From Podarcis liolepis (lineage: Eukaryota): DNA of 64,000 nt. The notes beneath the pieces were generated by a model that was given only the letters and a program-made list of their open reading frames with translations, did no database searches and was not told the DNA's origin. The translations under genes were made by a program, and so were the position numbers. The stretch lies in the NCBI GenBank assembly GCA_965112155.1, contig OZ218107.1; one strand, given 5' to 3'. Every line of letters begins with the position of its first letter. Within the stretch, counting starts at the first letter, position 1. Positions 25,589 through 38,941 of the stretch are shown here, piece by piece.

Positions 25589-26359
25589 ATCTAAGCTAGT
25601 AGTCCTCACCATAACTCATGGCAGTAAACTCCACAAGTTTATTTTGCTATGTGAAGTACTTCCTTTGGCCTTCTGTGAATTTAATGCAAATCTGTTCCTG
25701 CAAAGGAATGTCCAAGTTCTACTGTAACGACATTTCTGTTATCAGTCCGTCCACACTACATATGTTAATAAACATATGCAAAGGCAGCTCATACAGATAC
25801 TACTTAAAATCTAATCTCTCGGGCCTTCGCTTACATGGAAGATTCTCTTATCTCTTGCTGATTTTAGCTACCCCCTTATAAATTATTATTTATTTGCAAA
25901 TGTAACAAGGAAAGGAAAAAAAGATAAAAGCAAACAAGGTAAATTAAAGTTGAAGAAAGAAGAAGGAAAAAATAGTATACAAATAATACTAAAATCAACG
26001 GTAGATCACCATTGGTACACAAATCTTAAACATGCAAGTTAATACATAAGTGCTCCAGATATCCACACAAAGTTGGGGCAGTGAGATCTTAAGACCATTT
26101 TGTAATAGACCCATGTCTAATTCTTCCAACTCCATCATAAACTGGGGCAAGCAATATTCAAAGCAGGGCCACACCATACTTTATATTTTCTTTTAAAAAA
26201 TATGGAAATGCCAGGCGTTCCCCACTAGCTTATATAAAGGAATCGATGCGTTCATTATTCCCAACCATCCCTAACACGGAATATGCGTCCCCTAACCCCA
26301 CGGCAACAATGGAAGCTATTTTCAGTAAGAATTTTGCCGAGACCCCTCAAAACTTTTTC

Positions 26360-26830
26360 GGAGTTGCAGCCAATAGAGACAATAGTATACGTGGAGAGTT
26401 AAATCTGAGGGGAGCGAGGGCTGCAATGCAGCCTCCCAAGCAGCAGGGGCCGCTGCGACCCCGACCTTGCCCTAGTCCAGTCACGGGCGAATCGGAAGGG
26501 GGCAGGGGACGCCGGAGGTGAGGTTGAGTTGGGGGCGGGCCTGAGGGCGGGACATCTCCGCTCCCTTTATTACGGTCCTGAGGCAAGTGCCTCCCTTTCG
26601 CCTGCGGGTTGCAGCTGCTTCTCTCGAGGGTGTCGCTTCCCTGCGCGGGACCACGATGGCCGAGGAGGATCCTTTCTGCCGCTACCGCTCCCCTCTCGTC
26701 TCGCGCTACGCCAGCCCCGACATGGCTTTTAACTTCAGCGAGAGGAAGAAGTTCAGCACCTGGCGGCGCCTCTGGCTTTACTTGGCCAAGGCTGAGAAGG
26801 TGGGCGCGCGGGGGTTCGTGGCTGTGCCAG
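26360..26830 (+). promoter_or_regulatory. ADSL CpG-island promoter and exon 1 region
   Basis: High GC/CpG density, CCAAT near 26370, GC boxes (GGGCGGG) at about 26533 and 26545, directly upstream of the ADSL ATG. Confidence 0.8.
26656..26799 (+). CDS. ADSL: ADSL exon 1
   Basis: ccacgATGG start, AAG|gtgggc donor. Confidence 0.93.
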
Positions 26831-29800
26831 ACAAGCCCATTAAGTGGAGAGGCCCCTGTCCACCCGCCACAATGCAATGGGGGTTGTGGCATTTGCAGTT
26901 TTACTGACCCTGCCACACACACACAGAGCTAACAGACCTCCTTCTGCGCAACAGGTGAAGGGGCAACATGCCTGTTCTGTTTGACGCCACTGTTTGCATA
27001 CCCACATGTCCTTTATACTTCTCTCTCTCTGTGTGTGTGCACATCTGCCCAGTTTTGTTAATAATGCACTAGAACTGGAGAGTCATCCACTGAAGCTGAA
27101 TGGTAGGCAGCCAAAATTAATCCCCACCCCCTGCCCCTACTCAGTACAGTGGCACCTTGGGTTACAGACGCTTCGGGTTACAGACTCCGCTAACTCAGAA
27201 GTAGTACCTCGGGTTAAGAACTTTGCTTCAGAATGAGAACAGAAATTGTGCTCTGGCGGGGTGGCGGCAGCGGGAGGCCCCATTAGCTAAAGTGGTACCT
27301 CAGGTTAAGAAAAGTCCTCCAGAACGAATTAAGTTCTTTACCCGAGGTAACCACTGTACTAGGGAATTTGCTGCCACAAGAAGGTAGTGATGGCTGCCAC
27401 TTTAGGCGGCTTTAAAAGGGGGTTTTACCCATTGTTGAGTTTTACCCATTTACCCAGACATGGCTGTCTGTATATTCAGGTGATATTGGACGTATTGTGG
27501 CCTGAAGGATCCGATCAGATATAGCACAGCTTCGAATATTGATCCCCAGGAAACGAGAGTAAATGTGTTGTTATGCTCGCATCTTGTTTGTAGGCATCCC
27601 AAAGACATCAGGTTGGCTTCTCCAAATTGTCGTGTTTTGTTAATAACGCTTTATGTAAGTTTTTGATACTGTTGCACAGTTGTAAGGCTATATTGTGCTT
27701 AGCAGCAACAGTTGCTCAGAAGCAAAATAAAGGGAGCATCACCACTTAGAGAGAACTGTGATCAAGCAGTATACAAATTGCAGAAGTAAAATCGTTGCAC
27801 TCGACTTCTAAATTTAATTTTTTTTTTTTACTTTTGTGCAACACTGTAATGTGTGGTACTTATGTCTAGTAAATGTGCTGTGGTTCTTCATTTCTCATCA
27901 GATTCTAGGATCCTATTCACCTGGAAAAGGTATTTGGCTGAGAATTCCAATGTAACTTTTTCATAGGCGTTTGCTCATATTGCAAGTGTCCATTGTTGCA
28001 TCAGGATCCTTATGCAGAGTTACATTTTTGCTATTCTCATCTGATTACAACAATATGACAATGGACATTTGCTAAAATGGTTTCTAGAAATGTACTCAGA
28101 AACATACTGTCTCTGATCATGGAGGCAGAACATATTCATTGAGGCTAGCAGCTATTGATAGCCTTTACCTCTATGAATTTGTCTAATCCTCTTTTTAAAG
28201 CCACCAAAAGACTCTTCTCTTCTGATTACCATTCTCGAGGTCACTGCAGAGGTGGTATGTTGTAAGTGTGTGCATTTCAATGCAGTTTATCAGTCACCAA
28301 GGGGATGGAAGCAATATTCCGAACATGTTGGTTGCACAAACCTCTGTACGTCACTCTAAACCATACAGAAGATACAAGGTTGTTTGCTTAGCCGTAGGTA
28401 ACATTTCATATGCCCCATCAGCCCAGAGGGGATTGACCCTGACTATCAAGCAATAGCACTTTATCTCATGTGTATTATACCTCACAAAGTGATTTTGTCA
28501 ATCAAGAATAAACAAAGTGGATTTTAGCTTCTGATCCAAATGTTAAACTATTACAACTCTTAGTGGGATTCACTTACCCTCAAAAAATCTTTAAATGGTA
28601 CCATGTGGTCCTTAAAGTATCCTGGATCCAAGTTTTTCGGAACTTTCTAGATTTTTTAAAATTTTTATTTATTTCTGACAACCCAAAAGAATTAGTAGCA
28701 GGGTGCTACATTGTACCATAAAGAAACAAACAAAGAACAGGAAATTGTAACACACCAGTATACATTGAGGCATCCATGTTTCCCAGGCTAGCATGGGTGG
28801 TGACTATTGCATGTACGTTCAAAGCATAAGAAATAAAATCCTGCCAAATGATGCAGAAGTGTTCTGGGTTCTCGCATTACTCTGGAGACACACAATAACC
28901 AAAAGTCCATAAGTTCTTATACCACAAAGACCAATGTAGATTTTTTCTAAGTTTTCTATAGCTAGATTATTGAAATCCTAGCACCAGCTAGGATCCATGT
29001 CAAAAATTCTTTAGTGTGACAAGCTTTCCTATTATCAGTCCACAAATTATTTAGTGACAGTTGTGGATAAGCCTGAGCAGATGATTTAATTATTTTAAGT
29101 ATTTCTTTATAAACTTGGGATCAGAATTATGAGAGCAGAGGGCATTCCTGCCAAAGACAGAAAAATATTCCCCGGAGCCCACAGGCCTGCCAGCAATCCT
29201 GTATTGATTGCGGTATAATATGAGACATCTGCACAGGTGTACTATTCCATCTGTGCACAACCTTGAGCATTCCTTCACATATGATGGAACAGATTTGTGA
29301 GGCTTAGCTGACCACAGTGATTTCCATTCAAATTCCTCTTTTTGAACATTTAGATCTTTCTCCTAGTAAAGTATAAAGCGAACCAAGGGACAAGTGGTGT
29401 GCTCTGAAAGTTCTGCATAAATAATAGAGACCAATTCTTTATCTCTGATAATAGAGACCAGGACTTGTGTTGATATATAATCAGCACAATAACTTTGAAC
29501 CTGGCCCAGGAACATGTGGGAAGCCAGTGCAGATGTTTTAACAAAGGTTGTCACTTGCTGAAGTACAAGATATAGTAGCTATGAAGTTAGGCCATATAAA
29601 GTTTTAGAGTGTGTGATTTACAACAAAGGGCTCATCTATGCTTCTCTCCACTTTTCTATTATTATTATTTTTTTAAATTATTAATTTTGTATACCACCCT
29701 TCATCTGTAGATCTCAGGATAGTTCACAACATAAATTATAATATAAAAGACACAAAATACATAATAAAAATAAGAACAAACCCCCCCCCAATATTCTTCC

Positions 29801-32800
29801 TTGCACAAAAAGAGCATTGGATTTCAAGGCAAAGTTCTCTTTCCAAGCGCTCCTCCCCCCATGCCACTTTCTCTGTGAAAACCAAATATTTATCGCTACA
29901 TAAGAGCAAACGGCAAATGGGTGAGGGTCTCTAGATCCTTCATCTTATGATTATTTTATTATTTAGCAGTGTACATATTGCTTTACCAAGTCACATAAGC
30001 AAAAGATAGTTCTCCTATCTAAACAGAACCATGTTTTCGGAAGGCATGGCAGATGTTGTTGTAACATATCTTGTGCTTTAATGTGAGTTGGGGAGCCTGT
30101 TATTTTTATCCTTATGTTCACATTCCTGAGGAGTTACAACTCTGGCCTTGATCTTCATGTGGAAACGGAGAGACAGACACACAGCACCTGTTCGTTTCAA
30201 CAGGGTTCTGTCAAACTGCTACTAACAATCCCCAATAGATCTCCCTTCAGTCCGACATGGGATGTGATTAGATTTATAGTTGTAGGGGATACAGTGTAGT
30301 GAAGAGTGTGTAACATTTATGTGTTGTTTGCCTTTGTTTTTATATAAGCAACATTCGTGCTTGTTTTTTAATTTAAATTGCATTCACTGGGAACAGCAGC
30401 AGAAGGTAAACGAGGCACCTAAGATTCTGCAGGCGGGTTAGGATAATAGATGTGATGCTACATACAATCATGGAAAGGCAAAGCACAACTTTATTTTTCC
30501 TCTGAAAAATTGAAAAAGGTGTTAAAAGACGGTTATGGAGACTTTAGTCAATTACAGTAAATTCTGGGTAGTGCTTTCAGAAAGTCTAGCAGAGTCAAGT
30601 ACAATGGCTTCCTTTAGAACTCTAAAAAAATCCTTCATACTGTAGAGCATTGTAGTGCCTTTTCATACAACTGGGTTGACATTCAAGTTTGAGGCAACTC
30701 CAGTCTTTTTAGTCTGCTGTCTCTTTCCGTTTTTAAAGCTATTTGGGACACTTACTGTCAGAGACAAAACTGAAGTAACTGCTTGAATATAGAAAGTAGA
30801 AAATGAAATAAACTCTATAGTAAATCAGCCAAATTCAAAAAGAGAAATTACACACTTCTTTTACGTTTTTATTTAAATCAAATTGTTGTGATCTATAAGA
30901 ATAACATATTTTCTAATATTAATTGCAATGAAGTGTTCCTTTTAAAATTAACTCATTCAGAACAGTAATAACCTTGGGACTTTGGATTTTAACCTCAGTA
31001 GTTAAAAGCTAATCTTGCATAAACTGGGCTTTGTGTCACCCTTCCCTGATTCTGAAAATTGCATAAGAATAAGATCCCAGTCGATTGTGTAAATTCAGTA
31101 ATCTTACTAGTGGGGAGGTCCTTGAATAGGGGGTCATGTGTTGGTTAACTTCAGGTTTTTCCCTCCTTGTAGTCACTGGGTCTACCCATCACAGATGAGC
31201 AAATACAGGAAATGGAAGCAAAACTGGACAGCATAGATTTCAAGATGGCAGCTGCGGAGGAGAAGCGGTTACGTCATGATGTAATGGCCCATGTGCATAC
31301 ATTTGCCCACTGTTGTCCAAAGGCTGCAGGAATAATTCACCTTGGAGCAACTTCCTGCTACGTGGGAGATAATACGGTAAAACAGTGTTATGAAATTGTT
31401 CTCCATAAGCTGGACTAAATCACTATACAGTGGTACCTCGAGTTACAAACGCCTCAGGTTACAAATGCTTCAGGTTACAAACTCCGCTAACCTGGAAGAA
31501 TTACCTCGAGTTGAGAATTTTGCCCCAGGATGAGAACAGAAATCGTGTGCCAGCATCAGAGCAGTAGCAAGAGACCCCATTTGCAAAAGCACAATTCTAG
31601 TTAAGAACAGTTTCAGGTTAAGAATGGACCTCCGGAACAAATTAAGTTCGTAACTAGAGGTACCACTGTAATGGTTCTTTTCTATCCCTGCATTAGTATC
31701 TGAAATACCAAGCCTCTAAAGTATTAGCAATTTTTTCTTTATTAAAAAGACGAAGATAACTATTGTATAGCTAAAAATTCAAAACCCAGTGAAGTTCTGA
31801 GTGAGATAACCACCCCCTCTCGTCTCTTCATTTTCACCCTCTTGGGTGGCACAGAAGTAATGCTGATCCCTTGAGGCACAAGTGAATTTTTGAGTGACCA
31901 AAATAAATGCTTGTGCACAGTAGACTACTTGATTCCTTGGTACACAAAGAGAATATTAGTTATACCCATTTGTCTTTATGGAAATTGCAAATTACCCTGA
32001 AAGGAGAGTGTAGATAAGCATGTGAGTGTTGAATAAAATTGTGACTGACTGATTGACTGTTTTATTCCTTTTTCTGTTAGGACTTGATAGTTCTCCGGGA
32101 TGGATTCAACCTGCTTCTTCCCAAGGTAAGACACACAGTTTTTAAGAGGTGGGTGCTATTGATTCCAAGTGGATGTCTGCCAGAGTTAACTAGAAACAAT
32201 TAGGAGCTGCCAAGACACTGAGAAAAAAGTAGTTATTTTACAAGGCACCTGATCAGTATTGGATTCCAGTTGTGTTCATACAGAGTTAATAATATAACAT
32301 GAATTGATTTTATGTACTGTATATGCTGTTGTTTTAAACTTATATATATATATATTTAATTGTTTTCATGTATTCAGTTGTTCTAACTGTTTTATATATG
32401 CTCTGTTATAAACCCCTCACTCTGCAAGGGTCACACCTAAATGAAATAACTAATACTAGTAGCAGCAGCAGTAGTAGTAATAATATAGAGGCATCATATT
32501 AAGTTATATATTTTTCTCTCCAAGCATTTTACAATTCTTCTTGGAGAATGATTCAGACTTGACTGTCAGATTCTCTCTCTCTATGGAATAAAGAACCTTG
32601 TATTCTGCCCTACCCTTCTTGAAAGGAAAATTGGATAAAAATGTAAATAATTATTTTGTGACTTCCCTCGTGTTTTCCTTCTTTCATTCAATCTTGCTAG
32701 CTTGCCAGGGTGATCAGCCGTCTTGCAGACTTTGCTGAGAAGTATGCTGACTTGCCCACCTTGGGCTTCACTCACTACCAGTAAGTAATTCATACAAATA

Positions 32801-35800
32801 CTCATTTAATTCTGTGGATGCTGCTCCCATTTCTACCCCATTTCTTTTATTCACCCTCAGATCAGCGGCCTTTAATTGCTACTGTGCAAGATTAAACTCC
32901 AGAAAACTAAATGAATCACGGCTATAAGATTCTGAAAGAAACTGTGATAGAAATGCTTGCAAAGCATCAAGTGCAAACACTGTATAGTAACATGAATGAA
33001 GCTGTACAGGCTTCTTCTTGAGTCATATTCTGTGTTCTTTCAGGCCTGCCCAGCTGACTACTGTGGGTAAACGCTGTTGTCTGTGGATCCAAGATCTCTG
33101 CATGGACCTCCACAATCTTGAGCGGGCACGAGATGAGTTGAGATTTCGTGGTGTGAAAGGCACCACTGGTACACAGGCCAGCTTCTTGCAGCTCTTTGAA
33201 GGAGATCATGATAAAGTACGTATCCCCAGCAAGTGTCAGTTTTGAATTGCAGTTAGTTTGGGAACACTTGACTGTTGTATTATGTAGTGGTAATCACAGG
33301 CTGCCATTCAACATAAACTTCCTGAGCAGTAGTGGAATAAACTATTGAAACAGCATCTAAAAACAACAAAATTCCACAGCAAAACCAGTAAAAAAATAGT
33401 TCTAGATCAGCAGTCAGAAAATACATATGGTGCACCTTATGCCCCAATCAAGAAATGAGCAAAGTTGCTTCCTGGGACATTTCACTCTAGGGCTTTTGCC
33501 AATATTAAATTTGCATGAGACCTACGGAAGAATTTTTATTTCTGTGGGAAGCAGACAGCAGATTGAGCATAGGGCAATATAGTGATTGCATCAGCAAAAC
33601 ACCTATAGTGCTCAGAATAGTGCAAGAGGCACAATCATTCCCACTTCAGCCACTGCATTCTGAGTGAGGTTCCTATCATATTTTTCCCCTGAGGTGGAGG
33701 AGCTGGACAGGCTGGTGACTGCAATGGCGGGATTTAAGCGGTATGTAAAAAAACAAAAAACCCTCTCCTTCCTTGCCTTTACTGCTTTAAGAACACAGAA
33801 ATCTGCCTTTATACTGAGTCAGACCATTGGTGTTGTCTTACACTTAGTACTGTCATATCTGGACTAACTGACTGGCAGCATGGTTTTCCAGAGCTTCCTG
33901 TCTTACTTGGAGATATCATTGATTGAAGCTGTGATCTTATATGTGCAAAGCCTGCGATTAAACTGTGGCCCTTCCGCGTTCTTAAGATGAGCACCTCTGG
34001 ACCTATGTATAAATTTGGATTCTGCTCTGCAATTAACATTCCCGCTGTTGCTGCTAACTGCTAGGACCTATTAGGGGAAAGGTTGTGCTTACATAATCTA
34101 CTCCATGATGTAGGTTTGTAATGGAACTTCCTCCCATCTTAGTCCTTTGCAGTTTTGCTCTTCTCCATGTGAATGCGTGTCCCCCCTTTTTTTTTGTTGC
34201 TACCCTACTGCATGTTAAACTGAATCGTACAGTCACACAAAGAATTTCTCTAGATTGTTTCAAATGAATACTGTACCTTCACTGGATCAGGAAGCAGATA
34301 TAAAATGAGGGACAAGGAACCAGTTGATGTTGTGTGATATTCATTCCTTGTTGCATGCTCTCTCAATCTCATTTATAGGCTCTGTTAAACTTCATGATGC
34401 TTTATCTTTGTGTTTGGTTTCAGCGCTTATATCGTCACAGGGCAGACATACAGTCGCAAAGTGGATATTGAAGTTCTTTCTGTTCTGGCCAGTCTAGGGG
34501 CATCTGTACATAAGGTAAGAACTACTTCAAATTCTATATTCAAAGGCACGATTGAGAATCGGGGCTCAATTGGATGCCTTCTTGAATTGCACAGCCACAT
34601 AAATTATTTCTTTAGAGGTTTCAAGCTTTTAGAAACTGTGGTCACATTCTGATGTTTTGCTTTTCTCCTGTGTTTAACACAGATTTCTGTAGTATACCGG
34701 ATATCTAGGAGATATCCTAGATCTATTGAATTATAGATGGCTGAAAAAGTGAAAGCGAGCCAGTCTACCATTCCTGCTACTGCGCCTGCACTTCCTTGCC
34801 TCTCTCTGCCAGTAAGCAGAAGCAATGCACAGTGTTCGGAAGTTGGGAGAGTGACTCAGGGGGGCAGACACCTGGGGAAAAAGACTTTGGCAATCCCACC
34901 CACCAGTGAACCCAATGTGTTTTCACTACATGTGATTTTGGCTTTATGCGCTATCCCCAGAATATAACCCCAGCATAAGTTGAGTGTCACTTGTATAATA
35001 GGCTTGAATTCAAATCTGTATGTTTTAGGCTGGGGAATATGTTTATATTCAGAATTTCTCCTATGTCCTTTAAAATAAGATGATGAATTTTTTTATACTA
35101 TTTCTTTGTATCATAGACTCAGTGCTAATTATGAAATCTTGCATGTAGTAAGTCTGTGTCTGCATCTGAAATGAATTAATCTCTTTTTCTCCCCAGTGGT
35201 TAGTAAAATGAACCAGCTCCAAGATTTCTGATGGATACTAATGCTGCCCAGAAATAGTGTCTGAACTAATTAGAGTTGTTTTTCTCCAGATATGTACTGA
35301 TATTCGCCTTCTGGCCAACCTCAAAGAATTAGAGGAACCTTTTGAGAAAGACCAGATTGGTAAGCAATGGCTGTAGAAACAGAATTTTGTTGTTTTTAAA
35401 TTAACTTGTATTGATCACCCTTTTGAAGTTGAATGATTGAAATTAGAATAAAAATGGAGTATGTGTAAACATGTCTCAGAGTGGATCAGCTGGTACATTT
35501 ACATCCCATTTTTATTTAAAAGACAGTTAAGGAGTACGTGCACGCATACAGTCTCCAGCAAATTAAATTTCTGAAGCTACTGCTTTGCTAGCTATCCAAC
35601 AAGTTGCTGTAAGAAGTCTGAAACTGTGACTCCTCTGAGAAAGTGAGATAATGGGCTGCTTTAGATGTAATTCCAAACCATGCCCTAATGCTATGAAACT
35701 GAACAGTCGAGGAACCTTGGCCTCAAACACTACTCTCTGTCTTTGCATGCAGTGATTCCTCACTGCCTGTTCTGAGGCAAAGTGGAAATCTATATTTTAC

Positions 35801-38800
35801 ACTTGTGTTGCAAACAAATAATTAAAACCATAGTTTGATCCTGGTTTCCAGTCATGGTTTGCAGGCAAAGTACAAGCCACAGTTTGTCTCAAGACTTGCT
35901 CTCTGGAGGGCCCCAGACTGAAATACTAAGGTCTTTTCAATCCCTTACTGACTTTTCTTTTGCTTCCAATACAGCTTTTTTTTAAAAAAATGTGATTAAT
36001 TTATGTAATATATGGTATAACTGATATATTTTTTCCCACTGGTTACCAGTGGCGTAGCGTGGGTTGTCAGCACCCGGGGCAAGGCAAGTAATTTGCGTCC
36101 CCTAACCCGTGGATTTGCGCCCCCTAACCCATGGATTTGCGCCCCCTAACCCCCAGATGTTGCACCCAGTGCGGCTGGCCCCCCCTGCACCCCCCACGCT
36201 ACGCCACTGCTGGTTACTTTCAGTCTCCATCATGATTCTATCTAGTTTGACTGTGCTTTATTGCTTAATTTTTGCCTTGTTCTTGGTACTATTTTGTATC
36301 ACTTTAATAAAAATCCCAATAAAAATTATTGCAACCTCCTCCCAGAAACTACTACTATTATTTTATTGAATTTATATACTGTCCTATACCTGGAGGTCTC
36401 AGGGTGGAAACTGGTTTATTCAAACCAAAATCAGTGTCAACAAGTCAGATTCAAATGATAGTTTCAGATCCCAATTTGCTTGTTAACCTTGGGTTGAACA
36501 AACCACATATAATGTGAAACCCTGGTTTGTTTTAAAGCGAGAGCGTACGTTTTCACTCTTTTCCCTTCTGTGCAAGAGGGGGTAGTGTGCAGGCCAAAAG
36601 CTCACTGCAACCTGTTCCCAGTCTAAATTGGGGTAGGGAACCTCTGGGCCCCATGATGTTGGTGGATTTCCATCTCCCACCACCCTTGGCCATGCTTAGG
36701 TTGATGGGAGTTGCCCAAAACATCTGGAGGACCATAGGCTCCCCATGCCTAGTCTTAAGGATAGTAATTTTGGTAGAAAAACAGCTGCTAAATTTAACTA
36801 AGCTTTAGAAGTAGCCTAGCTAAGTTGTGCTCTGCCCAACTCACCCCATGGGCCACTAACAGGTGGGAGGCCACCCCTTTTGTCATCTGATGTCACCATG
36901 AAGTTAGCCAACCTATTTTCCTTTGAACACCCGAATCTATACATTTTTGTGTGCAAGGTCTGCTATCTATTCAAAATTATTGTATACAGTGGTACCTCGG
37001 GTTACGAACTTAATTCGTTCCGGAAGTCCGTTCTTAACCCAAATCCGTTCTTAACCTGAGGCACGCTTTTGCTAATGGGGCCTCCCACTGCTGCTGCACC
37101 ACCGGCATGCGATTTCCGTTCTCATCCTGGGGTAAAGTTACTACTTCTGGGTTAGCAGAGTTTGTAACCCGAAGTGTTTGTAACCCAAAGCGTTTGTAAC
37201 CCGAGGTACCACTGTATCGTTGAGGATTATGTTTGCTGATAACCGGAGCAACTTTTGTAGACGGTGAGAGAACTTTAGAAAGGCACACTATGTTTAACAT
37301 TCTTGTTTTTTATTCTTTCTCCTTCTCATTTGCACACTCTTCCTTCTCCTGTTGCCCATTGCTCTCCCCGCTCCCATTGTACAGGTTCAAGCGCTATGGC
37401 TTATAAACGGAATCCCATGCGTTCGGAGCGATGTTGCAGTTTAGCTCGTCATCTTATGATTCTGATCCAGGACCCCCTTCAGACAGCATCTGTGCAGTGG
37501 TTTGAGCGCACTTTAGATGATAGTGCAAACAGGTACATTCCTGATCTTGAAGCAGAGAGATTATTTCTTTGTTTTCAAAATACATTTAGAAACCAACAGA
37601 TCTTTCTATGATATTGTGAATTGCACCCAAAATATTAAACATACTTACTTGGAAGTGAACTTCTGATTTCAGTGGAACCTAGTATAAAATGTACAAGGCC
37701 ACCACTGAAGGATGTACCGTATTTTTTGCACCATAACACTCACTTTTTTCCTCCTAAAAAGTAAGGGGAAATGTCTGTGCGTGTTATGGAGGGAATGCCT
37801 ACGGGTGGCATGCCTACGGATTTTCCTCCTCTAAAAACTACGTGCGTGTTATGGTCAGGTGCGTGTTATAGAGCGAAAAATACGGTAATTTCTGAAAGCT
37901 AAGCTGGAGGTGCAGATGATTCTTGCTCATTTTGCCCCCATTGGATTCATGTGTGTCTCAGAACTTTGATTTGTGGATTAAGACACATAATCAATGAACA
38001 AATCCATGCCTGCTTCTGTACTGTGCTTAGGAGTTTTAAAGTTTCTTTAAAACTTGACCAGCTACTTAGAGCAGCCAATATCTCCTCCAAGGCTACACAG
38101 TAAAGAATCTGTTTTAAAACGCTCCCAGAAAGCACCTGTATATCACAACATGCAGAATTGTACAAAGAAAAAGATGGCTGTTCCCATGCAATGGAGGAAG
38201 TGTTTGGTTCCCCAAGTAGCTGTAAAATGTTGACAAAAGGGGCAGCCCTTGGACCATCTCATAAGCAGTTCTTTCAGTAAAACAGGGCAGATTTTTTTAA
38301 AATTTAAAACATCTATCCATAAACTGGATGGCATGGAGTTAGTTTTGTGAATACACAAAACTGACACAGGACAGAACTGGGATGATCCATCCACCCCAGC
38401 AAAATGTTCCTTAAAACACTGCCTAGTGTGGAAAATAGGAAGAGTAAGCAAATTAATGAGGAAAGAAAAAATAGTACTGAACTGTTTAAAAAGTCCTTTC
38501 TGTGGGAATGCTGCAACTTCTCCCTCCCTCCAATTCTGGTACTCTTGTGACTTTTTCCACAGGCGCGTGTGTTTACCTGAAGCCTTCCTCACTGCTGACA
38601 TAATACTTAGCACCCTGCAAAATATCTCTGAGGGTCTTGTGGTATATCCCAAGGTAAGAAGACTCAGAGGAAGTGAGCGGTCTCTTTCTCCTGTATTGGT
38701 GGTTTTCAGACTGTTTTCTGGGAAAAGCCTAGGGTCCCTTGGAAGCTTTTCAGGGTGTTGTCACCTGAAACACAGCTTGCTTCCTGTTATCAGTCTTCCC

Positions 38801-38908
38801 TTCACAGCCACTGTGAGTTGAATATGTATTTTTAATGCACACTCGGTTAACACAGGAGTGCTGACATGGACCAACAACCCTAGCCACAACTCCACACAAC
38901 TAAGCATA

Positions 38909-38941
<33 letters not shown>

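Noticed and set aside
26284-26298. 15-nt match TGCGTCCCCTAACCC between the ADSL upstream region and the hAT MITE repeat unit near 36094
   Set aside because: About one such 15-mer pair is expected by chance in 64 kb, and there is no TIR or further similarity.
26587-26655. In-frame GTG-initiated 23-aa N-terminal extension of ADSL
   Set aside because: The ATG at 26656 has a good context and gives a normal-length protein; an open GC-rich upstream frame is unremarkable.
26347-26922. 191-aa antisense ORF over ADSL exon 1, and the 184-aa antisense ORF at 44356-44910
   Set aside because: Expected by-products of stop-poor CpG islands; no recognisable domain.
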